DNA of 64,000 nucleotides from Bacteroidales bacterium (GTDB lineage: Bacteria; Bacteroidota; Bacteroidia; Bacteroidales; Dysgonomonadaceae): positions 1,017 through 65,016 of the forward strand of contig DUPB01000031.1 of NCBI GenBank assembly GCA_012838585.1, written 5' to 3'. The position numbers and the translations under genes are program-made. Below are positions 28,475-39,469 of the stretch, piece after piece (positions within the stretch are counted from its first letter, which is position 1; each line of letters starts with the position of its first letter). The notes beneath the pieces are model-generated. The model saw only the letters and a list, made by a program, of their open reading frames with translations. It was not told the origin of the DNA and made no database searches.

Positions 28475-29261
28475 TAAACAATTCGATCTCTTCACACGTC
28501 TCCCGATATTGTATCGAGAGAAAGAGATTTCGTTGCGCAACGACCTCTCCAAAAAGTTGGTGCGCGGTAAAGTGGACCTATCGATAAACGTGGAGGTCAT
28601 CGCGAAGGAGGTTTCATCCCGCGTAGATCCACACGTGATCAAGCAGTACCAACGGGAGCTGAGCACCTTAACGGAGGAGATGGACGTAGCCCCACCTGAC
28701 GACTGGTTAGCGGTATTGATGCGTCTGCCCGAAGTGATGAGGCAAGAAAGCGAGGAGTTGGACGACACCGAGTGGGAACAGGTGCAGGCGGCTATCGACC
28801 AAGCGGTAGATGAGCTTATCTCCTTTCGCTCCAAAGAGGGGCAGATGACCCAGGAACTACTCACGGAGAAGATCGAAAACATCCGTATGCTGCTCAACGA
28901 AATCGAGGAATTTGAAGCGGAACGAATCGAGAAGGTGAGAACCCGGCTGCACGAAGAGCTAAGCAAGCTAGAGGGTATCGAGTACGACAAGAACAGGTTC
29001 GAGCAAGAACTTATCTACTACCTGGAGAAGCTGGATGTGAACGAGGAGAAAACACGCTTGGCGCACCATCTTGAATATTTCCTGGAAACGTTATCGGAAA
29101 GCTATTCACAAGGGAAAAAGTTGGGCTTTATATCGCAAGAGATAGGCAGGGAAATCAACACCCTTGGTTCCAAGTCGAACCAATCGAATATGCAGCGAAT
29201 CGTTGTGCAGATGAAAGATGAGTTGGAACAGATTAAAGAGCAGATATTAAATGTCTTGTAA
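28389..29261 (+). CDS. yicC: YicC/YloC family endoribonuclease
   Basis: MIYSMTGYGR N-terminus (true start 28389, not 28302), IRSLNSKQ, RGKVD, EKLDVNEEKTRL, GKKLGFISQEIGREINTLGSK; linked to gmk. Confidence 0.9.
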   Translation: MIYSMTGYGRATVELPNKRITVEIRSLNSKQFDLFTRLPILYREKEISLRNDLSKKLVRGKVDLSINVEVIAKEVSSRVDPHVIKQYQRELSTLTEEMDVAPPDDWLAVLMRLPEVMRQESEELDDTEWEQVQAAIDQAVDELISFRSKEGQMTQELLTEKIENIRMLLNEIEEFEAERIEKVRTRLHEELSKLEGIEYDKNRFEQELIYYLEKLDVNEEKTRLAHHLEYFLETLSESYSQGKKLGFISQEIGREINTLGSKSNQSNMQRIVVQMKDELEQIKEQILNVL

Positions 29262-29844
29262 GGAAAATAACAGAAATGGACGCTTGATTACCATTTCCGC
29301 GCCATCGGGAGCAGGCAAGTCGACCATGATACGCTACTTACTGGCCCAGGATTTGAACATCCAGTTTTCTATCTCTGCCACAAGCCGCCCCCCCCGCGGT
29401 GAAGAGAAAGATGGCGTGGAGTACTACTTCCTGACCCCGGAGGAGTTTCGAGAGCGTATTGCCGCAGATGAGTTCCTGGAGTACGAAGAGGTCTACGATG
29501 GGAGGTTTTACGGCACGCTGAAGAGCGAGGTGGAACGCATCCTAAGCCAGGGGAAGAATGTAATCTTCGACGTGGACTGCGTGGGGGCTCTCAATATCAA
29601 GAAGGTTTACGGCGACCGCGCACTAACAGTTTTCGTGATGCCGCCCTCGGTAGAGGTGTTGCGCCAACGCCTGGAGAAGCGGGGTACAGACGCTCCTGAA
29701 GTGATCGAGAACCGACTTGCCAAGGCGAAGTACGAAATGAGCTTCGCACCCCGGTTCGATGCCATCGTTTGCAACGATGACTACGAGAGGGCACGGGTAG
29801 AGATGTTAAAACTGGTTAGCGATTTCGTTTCAATCAATCTATAA
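29251..29844 (+). CDS. gmk: Guanylate kinase
   Basis: SAPSGAGKST P-loop, SATSRPPRGEEKDGVEYYF, YGTLKSEV, LEKRGTD. Confidence 0.95.
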   Translation: MSCKENNRNGRLITISAPSGAGKSTMIRYLLAQDLNIQFSISATSRPPRGEEKDGVEYYFLTPEEFRERIAADEFLEYEEVYDGRFYGTLKSEVERILSQGKNVIFDVDCVGALNIKKVYGDRALTVFVMPPSVEVLRQRLEKRGTDAPEVIENRLAKAKYEMSFAPRFDAIVCNDDYERARVEMLKLVSDFVSINL

Positions 29845-29873
29845 AACAGCATACCTATATTATACTGCTTCCT

Positions 29874-30938
29874 ATGACACAAAAGCGTCCTCTTTATATA
29901 CTTATCCTTTTCTCTTTCCTCCTTCTCCTGCCCCACCCCTTCTTCGCGCAGTTACAGAAAGAGATACAGCACGGTATTCTTGTCGATTCCGGGCACGTTT
30001 CCCGATTTTCCGCACAACTACAGAAAGAGACACGGCACGGCGTTCTCATTGACTCCGGGCACGTTTCCCACTTTTCCGCCCAATTACAGAAAGAGACACT
30101 TCGATACGCGGTAACGGATGGCGAGGAGCTTTGGATGGATATCTACAGGGGTGACTCCATCACGACGGAACCTCGCCCCTGCCTGCTCTTCGTTTTCGGG
30201 GGCGGCTTTAAAGAGGGAGAAAGAGACGCGAAAGGGTACCAGCCCTATTTTGATTACTTCGCCCGCCGTGGCTTCGCGGTGGTTTCCATCGACTACCGCT
30301 TGGGGATGAAGGGAGAGAAGGCCCCAGGCATGTTTAACTTTAAGCCGTTGCTGAAAGCTATAGAGATGGCGGTAGTCGATCTCTACACGGCCACCGGGTA
30401 CCTGGTTGACCATGCCGAAGAGCTGGGTATTGACCCCGGGCGGATCATCATCAGCGGGTCAAGTGCCGGCGCTATCACGGTTCTACAAGCCGACTACTGG
30501 AAGAGGAACCGTCATCCCAACGCCGAATCGTTGCCCGCTGACTTCCGGTACGCCGGGGTGATCTCATTCGCTGGCGCGATCTTCAGCACCAACGGCACAC
30601 CCTCCTACCTCCAGCCCCCCGCCCCAACCCTCTTCTTCCACGGGAGTGGCGACCGGCTGGTTCCATACAACAAAATCCGCCTTTTCCACCTGGGCATGTT
30701 TGGCTCCAAAGCTATCGCTGAAAAGTTCAAGCTGGAGCGTTACCCCTACCAGTTTTACAGCATGGAGAAGATTGGTCACGAGGTCGCGGATTATCCCATG
30801 CGGGAGTTCCTCCCGGAAATCGAACAATTTATTCGTGATTGGGTGTTCGACCGTTCACGCCGCATGGTAGATATTCGGTACGAGGATATGTCGAGAAAGG
30901 CAGATCTTACCGCTACCCCGGCAAACTACTACAAATAA
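29874..30938 (+). CDS. Secreted alpha/beta hydrolase (esterase-like) with N-terminal 22-aa repeats
   Basis: Oxyanion FGGGF, nucleophile GSSAG, FFHGSGDRLVP, C-terminal His (IGHEV); signal peptide. Confidence 0.85.
   Translation: MTQKRPLYILILFSFLLLLPHPFFAQLQKEIQHGILVDSGHVSRFSAQLQKETRHGVLIDSGHVSHFSAQLQKETLRYAVTDGEELWMDIYRGDSITTEPRPCLLFVFGGGFKEGERDAKGYQPYFDYFARRGFAVVSIDYRLGMKGEKAPGMFNFKPLLKAIEMAVVDLYTATGYLVDHAEELGIDPGRIIISGSSAGAITVLQADYWKRNRHPNAESLPADFRYAGVISFAGAIFSTNGTPSYLQPPAPTLFFHGSGDRLVPYNKIRLFHLGMFGSKAIAEKFKLERYPYQFYSMEKIGHEVADYPMREFLPEIEQFIRDWVFDRSRRMVDIRYEDMSRKADLTATPANYYK
29946..30098 (+). repeat. 66-bp in-frame tandem repeat, about 2.3 copies
   Basis: Units start at 29946, 30012 and 30078 and encode AQLQKE[IQ/TR]HG[IV]L[VI]DSGHVS[RH]FS. 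Confidence 0.9.
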
Positions 30939-33760
30939 TGAGTGCCCAACAACTCCACAACCACCTCACGAAACTCTTCCCCAAAGAGCAAGTTTTTACC
31001 GACGAGCTTTATCGCCTTGTGAAAGGAACCGATGCCGGGCTCTATCAACTTATCCCCAAAGCAGTGGTGAAAGTCAACAAGGAAGAAGAGGTAATCCGAC
31101 TACTGCAATTTTGCAGCAAAGAAAATGTTCCTGTAACATTTAAGGCGGCGGGAACAAGCCTGAGCGGACAAACTATTTCCGATTCCGTTTTAATGGAGAT
31201 TGGACAAGGTTTTGAGTTTTCAGCCATTACCGATAACGGGCATACCGCCACGTTTGGCGTGGGACTAACGGGAACGGCGGCGAACCGCATGTTACAACGC
31301 TATCGCCGAAAACTGGGACCGAGACCGGCATCCATCAATTCGGCGAAAATCGGAGGAATTATTGCCAACAACGCAAGCGGGTCAAGCTACGGCATCCGCC
31401 ACAACAGTTACAACACGGTAAAAGCGATGCGGATTATCTTTGCCGATGGCGCACTGCTCGATACCGCAGATGCCGAGAGTTGCCGAAAATTTATCGAGTC
31501 ACACCCCGCCCTAATCGCTCAAATTGAGCAACTCCGTAAGGAGGCTTTCGAAAACAAAGCGATAAGAGAGCGTATTCATCGCAAGTATCAACTCAAAAAC
31601 ACCTGTGGCTACGGCGTTAACTCGCTGATTGACTTTGACGATCCCATAGATATTATCCGACATCTGATGATTGGCTCTGAAGGCACGCTCGGGTTCGTGT
31701 CTCAAGTCACCTTTGAAACGGTGCACGATGCGCCATTGAAAGCCACGGCGATGCTCTACTTCCATAACCTGCGCGACGTGTGCGAAACCATCCTTCCGTT
31801 GCGTTCCTGCTCGGTAAGCGCGGCGGAGCTAATGGATCGAAACGCTTTGCGAGCGGTAGAAAATCAGGAGGGAATGCCTGCCGAACTGAAATCGCTTCCC
31901 GAAGGAGCCGCAGCGTTGCTTATCGACACTTCTGCCGATGACGAGGATACGCTATTAGCCCATATGCAGGAAATTGAAGAAAAACTCGCGCGTATTCAGA
32001 CGCTTTACCCCATAAAATTCACCACCGACCAACGTTTATACGACCTCTATTGGAACGTGCGTAACGGGCTCTTTACATCGGCGGCAGCCTCACGTCCGCC
32101 ACACACGGCAAGCATCATTGAAGATATCGCTTTTAACGGGGATATTTTAGGTGATGCGCTGACCGATGTGCGGGAGCTGTTGGTGCGAACAGGTTATTCC
32201 GATGCGGTCATGTGGGGGCATTTGCTCGACGGGAATGTTCATTTTACCGTTTTCCCCGATATAAACAGAGCGGAGGGCGTGAACAAATACGCCCGTTTTA
32301 TGCGTGAACTCGCCGAGTTGGTCACGGTGAAACACGATGGCAGCCTGAAAGCCGAGCACGGAACGGGACGAAACATGGCTCCCTTCGTGAAAAAGGAATG
32401 GGGAGCGGACATTTACGGGTTGATGAAACGGATAAAATCGGCTTTCGACCCGTTACAGATCTTAAATCCCGGGGTAATCATCAACGACGACAAAGAGGTT
32501 TTTATCAAGAACCTGAAACGCGTTCCCGATGCCAATCCGCTGATCGATAAATGCATTGAATGCGGATTTTGCGAACCCACTTGTACTTCGAAAAACCTCA
32601 CGCTCACTCCCCGACAGCGTATTGTGGCGTATCGTCGGTTGGCACAATTATCGGATAACGAATCCAATAGAAAAACGCGCGAGAAATGGGCGAAAGAGAT
32701 GGCGTATGGGTTTAACGAAACCTGCGCTACCGATGGGCTTTGCGCTATTGCTTGCCCGGTGAATATCGACACGGGGGCGTTGGTAAAGGAGCTGCGTTGG
32801 AAGGAGAACGGCAGATGGGCAAACAGCATCGCAAGCAGTATCGCCAATAACATGAAAGAGGTAACTTCGATTATTCGGGGCGTAATGAAAACACCGCACG
32901 CCATCGCGAAAACCATAGGATACCACAACATGGAAAGTATAACGAAAGGGTTGTATAAAGTAGGCAACGGCCTGTTACCGCTTTGGACTCGTTACACACC
33001 GTCAAGCAGCAAAAAGATCGTCCGCGATATTTTCCCGGCCGAGAGTGCCGATTCGCCCATGGCAGTCTATTTCCCATCGTGTATCACCCGCTCCATGGGC
33101 GGTGCATCCTATGGATACAGGGAAACGGACGACGTTCCCGCCAAAATGCTCTCGTTGTTGCGAAAAGCAAATTACACGGTCATCATTCCCGAGGAGAAAG
33201 ACAAGCTCTGCTGCGGAATGGCTTTTAGCAGCAAAGGTTTTCGCAAGCAAGCACGACAAAAAGAGACGGAACTAAACGAAGCGTTGCTGAAAGCTAGTCG
33301 CAATGGCGAACTGCCCATTCTGTGCGATATGAGTCCTTGCTTGTTGCATATGCGCGAAACTCTCGACCCGCGACTGAAATTGTACGACCAAGTGGAGTTT
33401 ATCCACGACTTCCTGTTAGACCGACTTCAAATCGAGAAGCAACCCATATCTATCGCCATACACACCACGTGCAGCTCCAGCAAAATGCATTTAGAGGAAA
33501 AGCTGCACAAAATCGCGTCGCTTTGCGCCGAAACGGTGATCGTTCCAGAGAACATCTCCTGTTGCGGCTGGGCGGGCGACAGGGGCTTTTTCTATCCCGA
33601 ACTAAACAACTCGGCATTAGCACAGTTGAAACAGGGCGTTGGAAGCGCCACCGAAGGCTACTCAAACAGCCGCACCTGCGAAATCGGGTTGTCCATCAAC
33701 AGCGGTATGGCGTATAAGTCGTTAATCTACTTGGTGGATAAAGCGGCAAAAAGCATCTGA
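30938..33760 (+). CDS. FAD-binding and 4Fe-4S/CCG-domain oxidoreductase (Fe-S D-lactate dehydrogenase-like)
   Basis: FAD_binding_4 (FKAAGTSLSGQ, IGGIIANNASG, GSEGTLG, EHGTGR), ferredoxin motifs CIECGFCEPTC and CATDGLCAIAC, two CCG domains. True start 30938 (TAATG overlap), not 30839. Confidence 0.8.
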   Translation: MSAQQLHNHLTKLFPKEQVFTDELYRLVKGTDAGLYQLIPKAVVKVNKEEEVIRLLQFCSKENVPVTFKAAGTSLSGQTISDSVLMEIGQGFEFSAITDNGHTATFGVGLTGTAANRMLQRYRRKLGPRPASINSAKIGGIIANNASGSSYGIRHNSYNTVKAMRIIFADGALLDTADAESCRKFIESHPALIAQIEQLRKEAFENKAIRERIHRKYQLKNTCGYGVNSLIDFDDPIDIIRHLMIGSEGTLGFVSQVTFETVHDAPLKATAMLYFHNLRDVCETILPLRSCSVSAAELMDRNALRAVENQEGMPAELKSLPEGAAALLIDTSADDEDTLLAHMQEIEEKLARIQTLYPIKFTTDQRLYDLYWNVRNGLFTSAAASRPPHTASIIEDIAFNGDILGDALTDVRELLVRTGYSDAVMWGHLLDGNVHFTVFPDINRAEGVNKYARFMRELAELVTVKHDGSLKAEHGTGRNMAPFVKKEWGADIYGLMKRIKSAFDPLQILNPGVIINDDKEVFIKNLKRVPDANPLIDKCIECGFCEPTCTSKNLTLTPRQRIVAYRRLAQLSDNESNRKTREKWAKEMAYGFNETCATDGLCAIACPVNIDTGALVKELRWKENGRWANSIASSIANNMKEVTSIIRGVMKTPHAIAKTIGYHNMESITKGLYKVGNGLLPLWTRYTPSSSKKIVRDIFPAESADSPMAVYFPSCITRSMGGASYGYRETDDVPAKMLSLLRKANYTVIIPEEKDKLCCGMAFSSKGFRKQARQKETELNEALLKASRNGELPILCDMSPCLLHMRETLDPRLKLYDQVEFIHDFLLDRLQIEKQPISIAIHTTCSSSKMHLEEKLHKIASLCAETVIVPENISCCGWAGDRGFFYPELNNSALAQLKQGVGSATEGYSNSRTCEIGLSINSGMAYKSLIYLVDKAAKSI

Positions 33761-33816
33761 ACCACACGAATCTAAAAATAATCGCTATCTTTATACCGTT
33801 AAATCCGTTTAATTAT

Positions 33817-36186
33817 ATGATGATGAATCAACGCATACAGGGGTTAAGGGAAGAGAGCGTTACAACACCCGCGACTTTGTCCATCGAGCGTGCTTTGATA
33901 ACCACCCGGTTTTACAAAGAGAACAATGGGAAATATTCCATCCCGATGATGCGCGCCCTCAACTTCATGGAGATTTGCGAGAAAAAAGCCATTTACATTG
34001 GCAAAGATGAGCTGATAGTAGGCGAGCGGGGCGAAAAACCGAAAGCTGTCTCCACCTTCCCCGAACTGACCTGCCATACGGTTGAAGACCTGCGTGTACT
34101 CAACACACGTAGCCAACAGCGTTACATCATCAGCGAAGAAGATATCGAAACCTATCGGACCGAGGTTATCCCCTATTGGCAAGGGCGTACCCAGCGCGAA
34201 CGCATCTTCAATTTTGTACCCGAAGAGTGGAGTGCCGCTTATGAAGCAGGGTTATTCACGGAGTTTATGGAGCAACGCGCTCCCGGGCACACCTGCCTGG
34301 ACGGGAAGATCTATGAAAAGGGCATGCTCAATTTCAAAAGAGAGATCAATGAAGAGATCGCCCAATTGGATTACTTTAACGACCCCGAAGCTACCGACAA
34401 GGAGGAGCAACTGAAAGCCATGGCCGTTTCTTGCGACGCCATTATCAGACTGGCCGAACGATACGCCGAAAAGGCCGAAGATATGGCAACTGAAGAGAAG
34501 GAGCCGAAACGAATTGACGAACTGTTGCAGATAGCAGAAGTTTGCCGCAGGGTACCGGCACATAAGCCGCGCGATTTTTGGGAAGCGATTCAAATGTACT
34601 GGTTCGTACACCTGGGAGTCATTATCGAATTGAACGGCTGGGATGCCTTTAACCCCGGGCACTTCGACCAGCATCTTGCACCCTTTTACAAAAACGATTT
34701 GGCTGCCGGAACACTTACCCGCGATGACGCGAAAGAGCTTTTAAGTTGTTTCTGGATAAAAGTGAACAATCAGCCTGCCCCGCCAAAGGTGGGTGTTACC
34801 GCTAACGAGAGCGGCACCTATAACGATTTCACCAACATCAATATAGGGGGTGTGAAACCCGACGGCTCGGATGGCGTGAACGAGGTGTCATATATCATGC
34901 TGGAGGTTATCGAAGAGCTGCATATCCTGCAGCCGGGAACCTCGGTACATATCTCATCCCGCACCCCGGACAAGTTTTTACACGCCGCCATCAAAGTGAT
35001 TCGTCAAGGGTATGGTTATCCCTCGCTGTTTAACCCCGACATCTATATCCAGGAGATGTTGCGCTCAGGAAAATCGCTCCGTGATGCCCGCGAAGGGGGA
35101 TGCAGCGGATGCATCGAAGTGGGTGCTTTTGGTAAAGAGGCTTACCTGCTTACCGGCTACCTCAACGTGCCTAAAATCCTTGAAATCACGCTGTTCAACG
35201 GAGTTAACCCGGTTACGGGAAAGAGGGTGGGTATCGAAACAGGCGACCCGCGCGATTTCACCTCGTTTGAAGCGCTTTACCATGCTTTCCACGCGCAGTT
35301 GAAGTATATTATCGACCTGAAGATCAGGGTTAACAACTATATCGACCGGATGTTCGCCAAATATGCCCCGGCCACCTTTTTATCGGTAATCATCGATGAC
35401 TGTATAAAAAAGGGACGGGACTATTATAATGGCGGACCGCGATACAACACCACCTATATCCAATGTACCGGGCTGGGGACCATTACCGACTCGCTGTCGT
35501 CAATCAAAAAGCACGTTTACGAAGACAAGTCCATCGACATGGAGCGATTGCTACACGCCCTTTCCGTCAACTTTGAGGGCGAAGAGGTGTTGCGTCAACG
35601 AATCTTGAACAACACCCCCTTCTTTGGCAACGATGACGATTACGCCGATGATATTGCCGTGAGGGTTTACGATGACCTGTTCGATTTGATCGATGGTCGC
35701 CCCAATGGAAAGGAGGGCGGTAAGTATCATATGAACATGCTCTCCACCACCTGTCACAACTATTTTGGCACCATCATGGGCGCAACGCCCAACGGGCGCC
35801 TGGCGGGAAAACCCATCTCGGATGGCACATCGCCATCTCACGGTAGTGACAGGCACGGCCCAACCGCGGTAATACGTTCGCTCGCTAAATTGGATCAGAT
35901 AAAATCGGGAGGGACATTGCTGAATATGCGATTTCTACCCAGTCTGCTTAGACGCGATGAAGATGTGGCCAAGTTGGGCAAACTCATACGCAGCTATTTC
36001 TCACATGGGGGACACCATGTGCAGTTTAACATCGTGGATACGGCAACCCTGCTTGCCGCGCGGGAAAATCCCGAGCAGTACCGGGATCTACTGGTCAGGG
36101 TGGCGGGGTATAGCGACTACTTCAACGATATAGGCGAAAGCTTAAAACAGGAAATTATTGATCGCACCGAGAACAGATCGTTTTAA
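33817..36186 (+). CDS. hypD: Glycyl radical enzyme, trans-4-hydroxy-L-proline dehydratase
   Basis: 789 aa. Gly loop RVAGYS, Cys loop GCIE. HypD specificity residues recognisable: PGHT, WDAF, ESGTYNDF, LTGY, TTCH. No adjacent CC pair as in PFL. Confidence 0.88.
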   Translation: MMMNQRIQGLREESVTTPATLSIERALITTRFYKENNGKYSIPMMRALNFMEICEKKAIYIGKDELIVGERGEKPKAVSTFPELTCHTVEDLRVLNTRSQQRYIISEEDIETYRTEVIPYWQGRTQRERIFNFVPEEWSAAYEAGLFTEFMEQRAPGHTCLDGKIYEKGMLNFKREINEEIAQLDYFNDPEATDKEEQLKAMAVSCDAIIRLAERYAEKAEDMATEEKEPKRIDELLQIAEVCRRVPAHKPRDFWEAIQMYWFVHLGVIIELNGWDAFNPGHFDQHLAPFYKNDLAAGTLTRDDAKELLSCFWIKVNNQPAPPKVGVTANESGTYNDFTNINIGGVKPDGSDGVNEVSYIMLEVIEELHILQPGTSVHISSRTPDKFLHAAIKVIRQGYGYPSLFNPDIYIQEMLRSGKSLRDAREGGCSGCIEVGAFGKEAYLLTGYLNVPKILEITLFNGVNPVTGKRVGIETGDPRDFTSFEALYHAFHAQLKYIIDLKIRVNNYIDRMFAKYAPATFLSVIIDDCIKKGRDYYNGGPRYNTTYIQCTGLGTITDSLSSIKKHVYEDKSIDMERLLHALSVNFEGEEVLRQRILNNTPFFGNDDDYADDIAVRVYDDLFDLIDGRPNGKEGGKYHMNMLSTTCHNYFGTIMGATPNGRLAGKPISDGTSPSHGSDRHGPTAVIRSLAKLDQIKSGGTLLNMRFLPSLLRRDEDVAKLGKLIRSYFSHGGHHVQFNIVDTATLLAARENPEQYRDLLVRVAGYSDYFNDIGESLKQEIIDRTENRSF

Positions 36187-36223
36187 CTTTAATTCATTGC
36201 GCTACTTCTACATTCTATAGAGC

Positions 36224-37126
36224 ATGCCTTTTCTGTTCGACATAAAGCGTTACTCCATCAACGACGGGCCCGGCATACGCGTAACCATCTTTTTCAAAGG
36301 ATGCCCGTTATCCTGCAGGTGGTGCCACAATCCCGAGAGTCGGTCGTTCAAAACCGAAAAGATGTACAACAAAAGCAGGTGCATCGGTTGCTCATCATGC
36401 GTGGAGATATGTCCCGAAAAAGCCCTTACCCTAACTAGCAACGGTATCCAAACCGATTTCACGCGTTGCACCGTTTGTGGCCAATGCGCCCTGGTGTGTC
36501 CCACCAACGCGATGGAGATGAGCGGACGAAGATATTCGGAAGAGGAGGTGATGTCTGTCATTCTGAAAGAGACCGCCATTATGGATTCATCGGGTGGCGG
36601 GGTAACCTTTTCCGGGGGTGAGCCGTTGGCTTTTCCCCAAGTGCTGAAAAGTCTACTTGTAAGATGTGGTGAAGAGGGTATTCACAGGGCCGTGGACACA
36701 TCAGGACACGCTGATCTATCAGTAATGGAAGATATTTTGCCTCATACCGACCTGTTTTTATACGATTTGAAACATATGGATGCAGACGAACATCGAAAAT
36801 GGGTTGGAGTGGACAACGTAACCATTCTTGAAAACCTTCAATTTATTGCCGACAGTAACAAAGCTTATCATATCCGAATCCCGCTAATAGAGGGTGTAAA
36901 CACTACGGATGAAAACATCAGCGCTACGATTGATTTTTTGACATCGCTAAAAAGAGCGCCGGATATGGTGGGACTTCTGCCCTATCACGATATCGCGGCC
37001 CATAAATATGAAAAGCTCGGAAAGATGTATGATGACGAAGGCTTATCGGCACCCGACGATAAGAGGCAGCTGGAAATTCTGAACACGTTTATCGAAAACG
37101 GATTTAATGCAGTAATCGGTGGTTAG
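36224..37126 (+). CDS. Glycyl-radical enzyme activase (radical SAM with ferredoxin insert)
   Basis: [14 protein letters not shown] radical-SAM motif, two extra ferredoxin motifs ([11 protein letters not shown]; [11 protein letters not shown]), [10 protein letters not shown]. Confidence 0.93.
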   Translation: MPFLFDIKRYSINDGPGIRVTIFFKGCPLSCRWCHNPESRSFKTEKMYNKSRCIGCSSCVEICPEKALTLTSNGIQTDFTRCTVCGQCALVCPTNAMEMSGRRYSEEEVMSVILKETAIMDSSGGGVTFSGGEPLAFPQVLKSLLVRCGEEGIHRAVDTSGHADLSVMEDILPHTDLFLYDLKHMDADEHRKWVGVDNVTILENLQFIADSNKAYHIRIPLIEGVNTTDENISATIDFLTSLKRAPDMVGLLPYHDIAAHKYEKLGKMYDDEGLSAPDDKRQLEILNTFIENGFNAVIGG

Positions 37127-37203
37127 GAATCTATCTAATACAGGTAACTATTCCGCCAAAGTTACTTATATTCGATGTTGTAACTAAAATAAATTTATCC
37201 TTT

Positions 37204-39450
37204 ATGAAACATAGACACTTTTTTGTTATAGCCCTCTTGCTTTTTCCCTTTATGCTATCGGCCCAAGGGATTGACAGCCTGTACCGTTTGGCTGATAACT
37301 ACACCGAATTGTTTACTTCAAAATATTATTGGGGTGCCCAAAACGTACGGGCAGGCTATAGAGCACATCTATTTGCCTATGAAACCCAAACACCGGATGG
37401 ACCTGAGTATTTTATTATTGATCCCGTGGCGGCAACCCAGGAAAAAGCATTCGATCGGGAACGTATCTCCATAGCACTTTCTAAGTTTCTTAATCGGGAA
37501 GTGGATCCCAACAATCTTCCTGTACGCCGATTGCGCCCGGAAAAAGATTCGCTCTTTTTTACCATTGATGACGTGGATCACTTCATGACGCTGTCAGATT
37601 ACACAATAACTAAATGTCAGGAACAAAACAATTATACCAGACCTTACTGGGGCCTTATTGACAAAGAAAACGCAAAAGTAAATGTATCCTCTCCCGACGG
37701 CAAAAAAGAGGCCTATATTTCTGAAGGGAACCTGTGGGTAAGAGATATTGAGACAGGAGAGAGAAAGAAACTGAGCAACGATGGCTCACCCTATGCTTAC
37801 TACTCTTCAAAAATCTATTGGTCGCCCGATTCGCGTAAAATTGTATGCAGCAAATACAGTCCCGTAGAATACAGGAAGTTGTTGTTAATCTCTTCATCGC
37901 CCACCACGCAATTGCAACCTCTCACGGAAGAGTATGAATATCCAAAACCCGGTGATGCTTTACCCGTGAGACGTCCTGCCCTTTTTATGGTGGAAACGGG
38001 CGAAATAGTCCATTTCGATATTCCCAACATTGAACAACAATACTATTTAGGCAACATCAAGTGGAATAAAAACAGCGATTTCTTCACTTTCGATTTTAAC
38101 AGGCGCGGACATCAGCAATACGTGATTTATGCCGGAAATCTGTCGGGAGAGCTACGTGCTGTTGTTAATGAAGAGTGCGATACCTTTATCTACTACTACT
38201 CACTCTATCAGTATTGGTTTGAAAACTCAGACGAAATGCTTTGGATTTCCGAACGTGACGGGTGGCGACACCTCTATCTATACGATGTCCTTTCGGGAAA
38301 AGTTAAAAAGCAGCTGACCAAAGGTGAATGGATCGTTAAGGATGTGGTGAGGGTGGATGAAAAAAAGAGAGAAATCCTATTTATAGGGTGCGGAATGGAT
38401 AAAAATGAGGATCCTTATCTCGAAAAATATTTTTTGCTCAATATAGATAATGGCAACATAGTGGCCCTTACTCCCGAGAATGCCCACCATAGCGTAACTT
38501 TCTCACACGATTACGCCTACATGTTCGATTCTTACTCACGGGTAGATTTGCCACCAACTTTGGTTGTTCGCTCCGTTGAACAGGGCGGAAAAGTTATCTA
38601 TAAACCCTCTTTGCAACCCGATATTTCTGCTGTTAAAGCAGCAGGATGGCAACAACCCGAAGTTTTCTCCGCGAAAGGACGCGATGGAAAGACCGATATC
38701 TGGGGTATGATTGTTCGTCCTTCGAATTTCGACCCGTCGAAAAAATATCCCGTTATTGAATATATCTACGCCGGACCACATGACTCACACGTGCCCAAAC
38801 ATTTCGCTATCGAGCAACGATATACATCTGCTCTTGCCGAGTTGGGATTTATACTTGTAATGATGGACGGAATGGGAACGGCAAACCGCTCAAAAGCCTT
38901 CCACGATGTCTGCTGGCACAATATTAAAGATGCCGGTTTCCCTGACCGAATCGCGTGGATCAAAGCCGCTGCAGCGAAATATCCCGAAATGAATATCGAC
39001 AACATGGGTATTTACGGCATGTCAGCAGGTGGACAGAGCACTATGGGTGCACTTCTATTCCATCCAGAATTTTACAAAGTGGGCGTTTCGGCGTGTGCAT
39101 GTCATGACAACCGCATGGATAAAATCTGGTGGAACGAACAGTGGATGGGGTACCCTATCGGCGAACATTACGCCGCCTCTTCCAATATGGAAAATGCTCA
39201 CCTTCTGGAAGGAAAACTGCTACTTATTATGAGTGATTTGGATAACAACGTTGACCCGTCGAGCACAATGCAAGTGGTAAAAGCACTCATCAAACATGAT
39301 AAGGAGTTTGATTTGGTGATGCTTCCGGGAGAAAGGCATACCATGGGTGGAAAATATGGTGAGAGGAAGCGTCGCGACTTCTTCGTCAAGCACATTCTCA
39401 ATATCGAACCGCCAGAATGGAACAGCAAGAACAGCAATTCTAACAAGTAA
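37204..39450 (+). CDS. Secreted S9B dipeptidyl-peptidase IV-like prolyl oligopeptidase
   Basis: Signal peptide, DPPIV_N-like propeller, catalytic GMSAGG, DNNVD and GERH. Confidence 0.88.
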   Translation: MKHRHFFVIALLLFPFMLSAQGIDSLYRLADNYTELFTSKYYWGAQNVRAGYRAHLFAYETQTPDGPEYFIIDPVAATQEKAFDRERISIALSKFLNREVDPNNLPVRRLRPEKDSLFFTIDDVDHFMTLSDYTITKCQEQNNYTRPYWGLIDKENAKVNVSSPDGKKEAYISEGNLWVRDIETGERKKLSNDGSPYAYYSSKIYWSPDSRKIVCSKYSPVEYRKLLLISSSPTTQLQPLTEEYEYPKPGDALPVRRPALFMVETGEIVHFDIPNIEQQYYLGNIKWNKNSDFFTFDFNRRGHQQYVIYAGNLSGELRAVVNEECDTFIYYYSLYQYWFENSDEMLWISERDGWRHLYLYDVLSGKVKKQLTKGEWIVKDVVRVDEKKREILFIGCGMDKNEDPYLEKYFLLNIDNGNIVALTPENAHHSVTFSHDYAYMFDSYSRVDLPPTLVVRSVEQGGKVIYKPSLQPDISAVKAAGWQQPEVFSAKGRDGKTDIWGMIVRPSNFDPSKKYPVIEYIYAGPHDSHVPKHFAIEQRYTSALAELGFILVMMDGMGTANRSKAFHDVCWHNIKDAGFPDRIAWIKAAAAKYPEMNIDNMGIYGMSAGGQSTMGALLFHPEFYKVGVSACACHDNRMDKIWWNEQWMGYPIGEHYAASSNMENAHLLEGKLLLIMSDLDNNVDPSSTMQVVKALIKHDKEFDLVMLPGERHTMGGKYGERKRRDFFVKHILNIEPPEWNSKNSNSNK

Positions 39451-39469
39451 TTAATTAAGATAAAAGCTT

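Noticed and set aside
33817-36186. Annotation as pyruvate formate-lyase or choline TMA-lyase
   Set aside because: No adjacent Cys-Cys pair as in PFL; active-site motifs match HypD.
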